DNA from: Phoronis australis
Lineage: Eukaryota > Animalia > Phoronida
Length of the DNA stretch: 64,000 nt
Assembly: GCA_002633005.1 (NCBI GenBank)
Contig: NMRA01000070.1
Span: forward strand, 1 to 64,000
Reading direction: 5' to 3'
Positions within the stretch are counted from its first letter, which is position 1. Each line of letters starts with the position of its first letter. The translations under genes and the position numbers were made by a program. This document shows, piece after piece, positions 46,901-58,900 of the stretch. Below the pieces are notes generated by a model. That model worked only from the letters and a program-made list of their open reading frames with translations. It did no database searches and was not told the origin of the DNA.

Positions 46901-49900
46901 TACATAATGTGGCGGAACAAATGTAAACAAGACAATTTTTCTCAATTATTAGAAAATTCTATGAAATTTTCAACATTTTGCGTAACACTGTGAGCATTTG
47001 AAAAAAAAGAGTGACAATTTTGGACATCATTTTTGTTTGAACTTAAGGAAACTTTACCATATCTCAGTGACTAGGCCAGTTGAATGGAATTAGTGTGCGT
47101 CATGGGAGCACGCATAAACAACATCAAGACGACAGTCTGACGTGGATTTTTAAGTGGCATTGTCAAATGGCAGATTTCTATAATTTGAAACGGCGATTAT
47201 TTGTGAATGTCACGTGAATGGAACAGAGGACGATTCATTTGTTTGTAATCCAGGTATTTTTGTAACAACAGTGAATGTAAGCAATGCAAATTTCTCAAAC
47301 GGCAGCAAGCACATTTGGGAATTACTGTCTTCTGACTGAGATCAGTCGATACTTACATCAAGAGCTAACTGTGTTTTTTCTACTGTTCCTAATAATGACT
47401 TCTTTTCTTCTTCGAGAGCTGCCATCTGGTCTTCACTTGCCTGTTAAAATGTTTCCTTTTGTTATCTCATACAGCAAAAAACATTTCATAAATCCTGCAG
47501 TTGCGTCAGAAGGTTAATGCTTTTCATAACAAAACATCTGTCAATATTGAACATACAACAATGCTCTTACCACTGCAAATTTATGTTAATTTAATTCTTC
47601 ACTAACCAAGCTACAGAAGTATATTAGATCATGCACATGCCTTCGAGACCCTGATTTTCTATAACAGAAAACAGACGTCTTTGACAGAATCAGAAAATTC
47701 GAACAGAATTGACATACTGCAACTGCAGTAAATGCAACAATTCTAATAAATCAGATTGTGTTTGAAAACTGACCACAAACTCAAAATACTGCAGGAAGTA
47801 AACAGACAGAAGTCAGAATTAAACAACAAAAAGTAGAAGGGCACTATCATGCTTGTCTGCCTCAGTAGGTGAGCCTGTGAACAGAATACTATCATGCTTG
47901 TCTGCCTCAGTAGGTGAGCCTGTGAACAGAATACTATCATGCTTGTCTGCCTCAGTAGGTGAGCCTGTGAACAGAATACTATCATGCTTGTCTGCCTCAG
48001 TAGGTGAGCCTGTGAACAGAATACTGGCCAGAGGTACTGTCATCATCGAGCATGTGAGATGCTCCTAATTTTCCATTCAATCAAACAAAAATGCCGTACA
48101 GGAGATCTCGGCCGGTGACATTTCCTGAGTTCGCCGGTTTTTCACTTCAGGTAACCCATTTATTTCATTTTCAGTTCTAGCCAACCAGATTCGGAGACCT
48201 CATTTCCCATTTGTGACCTTTACTTAAGGTCATGGGTTCGATTCCCACTGGGACACACAGCTAGACCCTTGAGTCAGGTCTTTAGCTCCTCAACTCCGTT
48301 TTAGTTATACATTATTAAAGCATAAAAATGGTTTCAAGAGATCAGTGTAATGGGCCCACCTGAGCAGCCTGCGTACATCTGCTACAACATGTACCAGACC
48401 GCCTGCAATGATTTTTAAAACATGTTAGTTATAAAACAGAGCTTCATAATTAAAGCAGAGTAGAGAATTAACTGAAGACATATTTATGTCATTTACCGCT
48501 TTGGAATTTGCTAATTTACAAAAGCCAAAAAACACAAGATTTTGGGTTTTTCAAAACAGAAAATCAGGGTACCTATACATGCGTTCTCTAATTCTGAGAA
48601 TAGATATGAGTAGTGCTCAAGAGTCCATGCAATTACAAGACTATAGTATTATAGTTTCTCGAGTAATTTCCAACAAATAAATAAAGCTTCAAAACAACAT
48701 CTTAACATTTTTCCCAAAAATATGAAATTTAGGAATAACAGCTTGCAACTGAGCTTTTTTCATGAAAAACAACGCTTGTCTTTGACTGTTTCAAAAACTA
48801 AATTCGAAATTGCCAAAAAACCAGCAGTGTGTGTGCATGCATGCGTACAGTCCACATGGCCCTTTACCGAAACCTTGCGTGTTTGCTTCATCTCCGAGAT
48901 CTTGTTGTTACAGGACATCAGATGTGTGCGCGTGTGTGTGCGCATGTGTGTGCGTGCGCGTGTGTGTGCGCGCGTGTGTGTGCGTTCGTACAGACCACAT
49001 CCCTTCAACAATACCTTGCGTGCTTCCTCCATCTCTGTTATCCTGTTGTTACATGATGCCAGCTGCTTGTCTGCTTCACTAGCCTTCTGCAGAGTCTCAT
49101 GTTCTACTGATGACTTCTCCTGCTCAAGTTCTTCCAATCTCTCCTCTAGCTCCTGTTGGCCACAACAACAAACAACACATTCTTACAGTGTATACGAAGT
49201 AAACTGAGTAGACTGCCAGCACCTTGCATGGCCTCACTACATGAAGTCAGTCACTAAAGATGGTGGCCATTGCATGACCATTGTTTCTGTTTAGAGCGCA
49301 AGATAGACTTGAGTACTAGGCTATTGCACTGAACTCAAACTGTTGACATCCATGCCACGATATTCCTACAGTCTTGACATCAATCCACTGACAGGGAAGT
49401 GTGGAATAGGTAGAAGCCAAAATTGTTGCACTATGCAAAAATACAGGGTACTTCAAAAAGAAGGAGCTGTATCAAAGTTCCCTGATCTTTATCTACCCAG
49501 TATTGATACCTAGTGCTTAAGTAACTACTAACTAAATCCATTTGCTGGACAGTCAATATAATTTGACAAACTCGATTCGCCAAGGGTTCTGGTGATTTGA
49601 TGACAGATGGTGATGAAGAGATGAATTAAACATGGCAGGTTAACTGTGTAACATCACTTGGAAATGAATTATGAGCAGGCCGCAAGTGAAACCAAAATTA
49701 CAGAAAAATTATCACAGCATCTTTTAATTCGTTGGTAAATTACAACTAAACACACACTTTATAGACTAGATGAAGAACATGGCTGACCACTTTTCTACCT
49801 TGAGACAAAAGAACGACACCTTCAAAGTCAAAGTAATGCATATGTTAGCGTGTGAGACATACAAACAACATGTGTAAAATCAATTTTAAAGCACTTTTTA

Positions 49901-52900
49901 CAATGCCACGAGTTCAATAACTTGGACTCGGTTTTTACTGCTTCGGTCTTTTTTTAAAAAAACTGAAAAACTCAGACATTAATTTGACACCATTTTGCCC
50001 ACTTGCAAGTGTGTTGCGCTTACTCCTCAACCCCCCCAATCCCTCAGTATTATCGCCACACACATTTTATTCAACTACAGAGCAAAAGGAAAATGTGCTT
50101 TTCAGTCACTTCATGGAAATAGATTAGTATGAATGAATTTCTTTTTAACAATGTTAGTAAGCTCTTAAGTATTTTGTATAATTCTGGTTGTTTCTAAAAA
50201 AGCATTTCAGGTAAGCCATTATCTTAATACATAGACATCTCTTCAATTATTCATCGTATTGTATCACCAGTCACTTAGTATTAGCTATTTATATTTGAAT
50301 TTATATCTTTTGCATGAACTATGTAATATCTCCCACCACATAAAATGCCCTGCGCTTTTTAGGTTCACATTTATTGTGCAACGCGTTTTGTCTTGCAATG
50401 GATGTTATCCCATTAAAAATCTTTGAAAAATGGTCAAAACCCATGATTACAGAAGCTATGAAAAGTGCAAAAACTGCATTGTAACTTTCCATATGTTGTC
50501 CAAAACAATAATAATTCTAAAAAACACACAGGTGGTAACTTCAACATATTTCAATATTCATCACACCAGCCAAATCACAGGTAACCCTTCCAAACAGTAA
50601 CCTACATTACACGTCACTTCTCCCTCTCACCAGTCTACAAGGATATGCTGCACAACAAGGTCACTTTACTTTAAGCAGCATCAGGCGACCTCACCTGAAT
50701 TAAATCAACAGAACCTCTCACCTTTTTAGATTTCTCAGCGGCTTCTGTAGCTTTCTTCTCACTATTCAACTGTTTACTGGCCTCAGCATGCTGGAAAATA
50801 CAATGCTTCTATTTAAGCAAACTGTACTAGACTAGAGAGACAGCGGCGGTGGCACCAGCAAATATGACTTATAAGTTGCTTTACAAATAACACCCCACTC
50901 ACCTGGATCACCTGCAGACACACCTAATCAGGTGGGAATAATTACAAGCACAGTACTTTCTAACAAAGATTTACACACTCTATTAACTCCGGCATGTCTT
51001 TATGAATAGGCTTGACTTGTTGCTTTGTTGGGGTGAAGCACCTCACCAAGCCTAGTCTTGGTGTAGGGAGTTCTGTAAACACTATTCTCGTGGCAAGAAG
51101 CTATCAGTCAGCAAAGCTGATTTTCAAGAATAGACTTTTGAAATGTTTATTATCTACATTTTTAGAACACGAAAAGCCCTTCGATCATATATTATGAACT
51201 AAAAAGTGACATAAGAATAAAGCACACCAAAACATAGCAGAGTTCACAACATACCTGTCTTAGTAAACCAACGTGTTCCTCACGCAGTTTACTGTAAATC
51301 TCCTTTAATTTTTGGAATTTCTCATCTCGTGATTTTGCAATTTCTACAAGCAAACAGACAGTGAACAGTTGGTTACAAGTCAAAAATACAATTAGCGTTT
51401 ACACTTCTCTATTTTTAAAGTTTTCATTGCCTGATATCCTTCACCACATGACGATGCTTTGAGGATTCACAACTTATGGTGTCAGCAGTGATTTTCTGAT
51501 AACAAAATGTACACGCCACTGCATGGCCCTACTATTTCATGAACCCACACTGTCGATGCTATACAAATATAATGAAAAGTGAATGATTTACGATCATGAT
51601 CGACAATACTGGTTTTATGCATTTAAATCTCTCAATTTCTTAAAAAAAATTTCTCAGTACATAAGAATTAGGATTGCTCTGCCAAAAGCTAACAGCTCTC
51701 CTGACATGCTATCAATCCCATCTACTTCATGTGGTGCAAACTTTGATAAAACAGATCCCATTTCTCAAGAACATTTTCTTTTGCATGATAGAAGCTCGTA
51801 CAGTTTTCAAATCCGACATCGTAAATCTTCACTTATTCACAAAACTTACTTTCCGCTTCCTGTAGTTTGTCCGTAGCTTGGGCCTGTGTCTCCACCATCT
51901 CAAGTTGGTTTAATATCATCGCTTTCTCCTACAATACAACAAACACACATTTTAATGCAACCAATGCCCCAACAAACAAAAAACAAACAAACAAACAAAC
52001 AAACAAACAGACTTAGAATGCAGATAAATACAAACATTTGAAAGAAAAAATACGAAAGTAGATAAAAACATTCAGCAGTTAGGACAAATCAAAGAGAGGT
52101 GAAACGACGTAAAATGAAAAGTAATTAATACCAGTACAAAATTACCCAATTACATAGTATACCAATACGCCAAAACACAACTACGGCGATACACTGAACA
52201 TCATCCGACAGGTAATTTGTTTACATTGCGAAAACGTACAACTGTGAAAAGTCCTTCTGGAAAGCAAAATGAAGTTATTATTTCATAATTATCATAATTA
52301 TTCATACAACCCTTTACATTAAAATTGCCAATCTGTCTATAGAGGAAATATAAGAATATTAGTTCCACTTCTCCGTATCTTTGACAGGGCTTGGAATGAC
52401 CAATGATTAAAAAGAGGAAAATTTTCCAGGCGATGTATCATTCCACAAATAAATAGGTTCGTGTGGTAGAAATATTTTCATGTGTTCTAAAATTTAACTG
52501 AAATAAACATTTTTGCATGAAAAAAATTAAGTCAAAATAATGATAAAAAAGACAGTTACACAAAAAGAGGAAACTGGAAATCAAATAAAAGGAAATCAAA
52601 ACCAAAAAGAAGAAATTATCGTAAAAGAAGAAAATTCCAAGCTCTTGTCTATTAACACTGTATAAATTACCTTTGTAATTACAGTAACCTGTTCCTTTTG
52701 ATCTTTGAGTTCATTTTCTAGTTTCTGAATGATACTGTTCAACTGTTCAATCTTCAACACTGCCTGGGCTTTCACTGTCTCTATCTGTCGCTTGAGGAGA
52801 TCAATCTCTCGTCGCAACTGATCAATTAACATGTCCCTGTCAAGAAACAGCGGTAAGTCAATTAACTCATCAAATTTTACTCCAACTCAACACAGAAAAA

Positions 52901-55900
52901 CACAGTTTTATGTACCCACCATCAGACTCGGATACAATCCTGCACATATCATGCAAGTGATACAGTATGTGGAGAAAATGAAAATTCCTTTTTGCACAAG
53001 TAACTTTATTAAGTAATTTTATTTCCATCATCTGCAGTGCTTAATGATGTCTATAGTTTTGTAACAGTATGTAAATCTCACCTTGCATCTGGCTGCTGTA
53101 TAAGTGTAGCTGTGACAGGCTCAGGGGGCGGAGCTGGCTCCTTAAAGAACATCGTACAGGTCAGTTTAAAGAGTATGCAAAGGAGTACAGTAAAAAGAAA
53201 TTCACACAGTGGGTTTGGTAAAATAGGAGTCCCTAATGTGGGACACCAGACCAGTACGTGTTACAAGGACACCAACGCTTACATTTCTAACTACTCTGCA
53301 AACAAATCACATTCTTGCCTAAGTACTGCGCCATAAACTAGTTGTGGATTGGATTATCTGCCATTCTGAAGCCATAGAATATCTTATTTACGGTGATTCT
53401 ACAAATATTTTCCAAAAAAAATAATTGCCAAAATTGTCATTTTTCTATTTCTTCAAAGACTGATTACTATCCTTCAGTAATGTAATATTCACCAAAATTA
53501 ATGTTGTTCTATGAATCTATGCTGCACAAACAAACTTAAGCTAATAATGTTTACCCTAAAAATATCAATATTTATTTTAGTTGAAAAATTTGACAAAATA
53601 AAATGTCTCCCGTCCTCCACATTGTGAGCTAAATGGATAAAAAATTACTGTACCATCCTCAACATGTGAATTGTTTTATGTATGAGAATATACTGTTCAC
53701 TATCCTGAAGTTGTGGATTAGACAATTTACAATTCTAAAGTTGTGGATTAGATTATTTACAATTCTGAACTAATGGATTGGATTATTTACAATTCTAAAC
53801 TTATGGGTTAGACAATTTACAATTCTAAAGTTGTGGATTAGATTATTTACTAATCCTAAGATGGATCTCACTGGCTCCAACCAAAGATGAAAGTTGACAG
53901 AATTGATGGGCTTTCATAAGGGACATGATGAACAGGTTTCTGATAAAAGACAGTATGATGGTCATTTTGACACGACTAATGCAAGACGTGTTTAATGAAA
54001 AAATCAATGCCACAACACTGTTATTCAAGTAGTTTTATGTTAAAGTGTCTAGCTAAGTGTCATAGCTAATCAGACACATTTTAGGCTGAGCTATGCGTGA
54101 TTCAAAATTGCATGTGGAGTCCCTTTAAAATGATTGCATTTTTCTCATGAAATTACACATTGAAGTCAATTGTAACTACCGGCGGTGCGTGGACCATGGG
54201 AGGTGAGGGTTCCTCGAAGTCTGGAGGCTCTGTGTCGGGCATGTCCTCCCCTGGCACAACAACAACTGGTGCTTTATGGAACTGGAGGTCTGATGCCTTC
54301 AGGAAGTTGGGTGGATTCTGGGAAAGTAATAATAACATTTGGTAGGTGTATCACACACAAAGCTCTGCAGCTCCAAATTAATAGATTTTTACACAGTATC
54401 TAACCCTACAAATGTAAACAACTCAAAAAGTTACCTCATTTGATGCTATCTAATTCAGTTTATCACCTTAAAAAAGGTGGTTGTTTGAATGTGAAAAAAT
54501 AGACCACAGTCTTATATTTATGAATTTCTTCTTTCACTTGAGCAGGCTAAAGAACAGATAATGAAGACATCAATTCATACCTCTGGAAAATTGGGCACTT
54601 GCACCAGGTTCTTGAAGTACTGCAAGTTCTGTGAGTTGTAGTAAAACTGCCTCAAGCTAAAACACAAAAACAACTTACCACAGATAATGATAGAAAGGCT
54701 TGCGTAAAATGAATCAAATTAGGAATTCATTATTTATCTAAATACTCATCTCAATACTATCTGTACAGCTCTCAGGTTACTGACATTCATACCATTAAAC
54801 AAGAGCACAAAAACATGTACTCACATATGTATGAATTACGTGGGTAAATAAAAATGTTTCAGCGATTGAATCTTGTTTGAATGTTTGATCTTGTGGTTGA
54901 TATGCATGATTTTTTGAAATTGTGATTCATAAGTGTGACTTAATGGCTTTAGGGGATGATTGAGTGGTTCTGACCGATGAGTTGATGTTGGAGCGTATGA
55001 TTCGTGAAGTACCCTTAGCTATACAGGTTAATACGTGTCGTGAAACAAAACCACATAGTAATGAGGAACCTATCGACTTCCTTTTGAACTGTGAATAAAA
55101 CCTCTCTCTGTGTCCACTCAATGTGTCAGAGGGCAGCACTGAGTACCCTTGGCTACACAGGTTAATACATGTCGTGAAATAACACCACATGGTAATGAGG
55201 AACCGATTGACTACCTTTTGAACTGTGTATAAAACCTCTCTCTATGTCCACTGAGTGTGTCTGGGGGCAGCAGCGAGTGCAGTTTGAACAACAACTTGAC
55301 AATGTGATCATAGAGTAGAGCTGACTCCTGGATGCAAGGAATCAATGGGGCAAGTCTACACTGGCCGGCGCTGGTCATGGAGTTAGAACGAGACATGTCG
55401 AGGGAGCCAAACACTGGAATTATGTGAAATAGACACGAGTCATGAATACCATCTGCTTTACAAACCAGTCTATTTCAATGTTTAGTGATGACATGTCCAA
55501 CACTATTACGACGCAATTTGGACGAAACACATATCGCTAGAATTGCAATGTAACATTAACATTTTCAAAAAATTTTGTAGGTCTTGAGATTATTTTCCAG
55601 TTCAGGTAACCACAGGGGCAGTTAAGCACTTGAAATGTATACAAAATCATGGGCTTGGATCAATATGTGAGGTCAGGCAACGGTTGTACCCATTGTATGC
55701 TCTTGGGGAGTTGAAGTGTTTCTAAATAACCACTCCAGTTATTAAAAAATCAGCACTAATCTTTCTAATTTTAAATTAGTTTATTCAAAACAACAGATAC
55801 AAAAGACCACTACTCGACTTTGTGTACTTACCACAGGATTGCAGAACCAAGATTTCATCCATATAGTCCAAGAGGTCAACAGCTAGCTCAAAGCTGGAAA

Positions 55901-58900
55901 AAAGAGACTTCTTCCAGTTAACCTTACCCAAGACACTGTTTAATTACCTTTCCTAACTTAGTTTAGGACACTTATCGTCTCGAGACACAAAAGCTTGCCA
56001 CAAAAAGATGAGAAATTTTCATTTGAACAAATCAAGACTTTCCTCACGGGTTTCAAAATCACAAAACCAAATCATTAGGAAAATAAATATTTATTCAATC
56101 TTCGAAATTAAAAAATATCATGGATACAGTTGAAATTTTTGGTTTAAGAAATACATGAAGTGCTTGTCAGTGGTGGATTCACAACAGGACAAAATAAAAC
56201 AGTACAGTTTCAAGATAGAACATGAACTCGTATCAATCTCAAAGCAAGACAAATGTCTTTAGTTTTTGGTTGTCCTCTCAAAAGTTGTTAAACCAAATTT
56301 GTAAAACCAGTCAAGAAATAATCTACTTTTCAAACTAGGGAAAGCAGAACTAGAAAATACAACAATTACACAGAAAACTTTGAAGAGCTGCAACAAAAAA
56401 ATAAAACTATTTATAAGACACGAGTCTGCTCACTAAAAACATAAGGGCTGTTCCAGCAAAATCTGTGTGGGGGGGGAAGGCAACTGAAATAAAAAATTAT
56501 GGGTGGTTGCGTTTGGCTTAAATTCAAAATGGCTGGTGGTCGTACTTCAAAAAAATTAAAATTTACAGGTCGTTGTTGTTTCATTGGGCCATAAACGTTT
56601 GATGGTGGGTAATTTTAGTAAATTTTATAAACAATCTGCACAGAATCAAAAACTGAAACAAAAATGCAACTTGAAAAGAGCTCTGACTTTTTCACTCCCT
56701 CCGATCTCCTCATCGGTATGCCCATAACACCATTTAACCACAGGTGCTCGAATTTCTCGATGGCTAATAATCATATATAAGAAACATATGTTTTCTTAGT
56801 AATGACTGACGTTAGTGTTGATGGAGGAACAGATAAACTCCAGCGCCTGTGCAGTCAACCACAAGAACAAAAAAAAATTACGGGTGGTTGCATTTCAAAC
56901 TTATAAAAAATTACGGGTGGTAGGCTGAAGAAATAAATGAAAAATATGGGTGGTGGGTGTGAAAAAAAGGTGCCTTCCCCCCCTCCCATACATATTTTAC
57001 TGGAACAGCCCTAAGAGTGTTTAAATCGTAGAGCTGTGTAACTTAATAAAAACAGTACATCAACTAATTATTATAATTATTATTTATTTTAACAACGGAT
57101 TAATTCAATACGAAATTAAAATCCTACTACACAGTTCAGATAGTATGAACAAAGTACTTACAATCCATTGGCATCATTACCAGTGATTTCCGTAATCAAT
57201 TCCTTGGTCATCACCATATTACCAGGGACAGCTTTGTACTAGAATAGAAATCAATAAACCACAGACTTAAACAGGGAATAACCGAAGTACGAGGCTATCT
57301 ATCACCAACATGCAGCAGTGTAAAGTCAAACGCCAAAAGTTGATCATGAAAGATAAGTGCTAAGCAATCTGAACACATTTTGCAAAAACACCTCGAAATG
57401 AACAGTGCACGAAATCCCTAGAAACCTTTTTACAAATTGGTGAAGCTACAGAATGGAACACAGAGATAAGGACCTCACTGCATAATTTGTGAAAAATAAA
57501 ATCACCGCTTTATATTATTTTGGCAGGGGCTTCAGATGTCCTGTTCAGAAAACGTTTGCAGCTTTTTGCAGTTTATTTATTAGTTTGGAGTCATGTGAAC
57601 TTAGTTACTCACACAAGCAATGTTGTATTCAGGGTATCCACTGATACCCAAATCCGTCAATGATTTGTCACTGGCTTTGGGTACAGTAAAATGGGTTTAC
57701 CCAAAAATATTAAGGTATGTCAGTAGTCTTGTGGGTACAGTGAAATGGAAATGGGTGTATTAAAACTTGCTTAGACGTATCAGTGTCAGTGGGTCTTGGC
57801 TACAGTGAAAAGGAAATGGGTGTACCCAAATGTGCAGCTTTGTCACTAACCTTGGGTACTGTGAAATGAAAATGAGTGTACCCAAACTGTCACGATGCAA
57901 GACCTCTCAATGGTTGGGTTCAATAAAATCAGTTTGAGTGTACCCAAGATTGGCTGTTAATTGATCTTATGAATCCCTAGGGGAGCTTGAAAATGATCTC
58001 TTGATTTTTCCATGACATGTTCATTTTGATGATAAAAGTTCATTTGAAATAATAACATGTTAAGGTTAAACCTGGAGTTGGCCGAGCATCAAACAGGGGA
58101 GACGAAAACTAATTTGTTGAAACATATGACATAAGGCAGAGTAGTCGAAGAGACACCTTAATGAAATTATACTAAAAGCTTGTCCAATGCTATTTCTGAG
58201 ACTTTGCGCTGTTTAAACAAATCAATGGAGTGTCTTGTCAAGTCCATTTGTATCAAAACTCCATGGTACGTCTTTTTAATGGCTGTGCACATAAATAGAA
58301 AAGGACTATTTTTATGATGAATGTGTCTAAACAAATTATTTCCATTTTAGCTAGAGTAGGGAGCACCACAATGATTGCCACTTTAACTAATGAACACTAA
58401 AATAGCTCTCTTTCTAATATGTAACAATTATAGCACAAAATCACAGTCTATTTCTGAAGATTCCAATGCGTCAAACTGCAATGGTTCATATCTACAGAGA
58501 GCTACAGTGCTGCAAAGTGGAACCAGTCGTGGCGATTCATAGCAAAAACTGGCCGAAACTGTACTCCATCTATGAGAAACTATGATGATTTGTAGCCCAC
58601 TACGGAAGCTTCAAATTGTTTTGGTTTAAAAAACTACTGTGGGTCACTACAGCTTGACCGTGGACTATGAACGCTGTAGCAAAACTGTAGTGGAACCATA
58701 ACATCGCCTTTGTCACCGTAGAATCGTTGTATGACCACCATTTGGGAGTGACCATGCCGGAATATTAACAAAATTTCATGTATCTGAATCAATTTCAAAG
58801 GCTTGAGAGCGGCCAGGTTTATCTGTTTTCCTGCCAAAGCACTAAGTTCTATCAAGGTTCATAATTGGCGCACAATGAGAAATTGAATTTCACCTTTTTG

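Noticed and set aside
47843-48025. CRISPR-like array
   Set aside because: Head-to-tail identical repeats with no unique spacers, eukaryotic intron context, and no cas genes.
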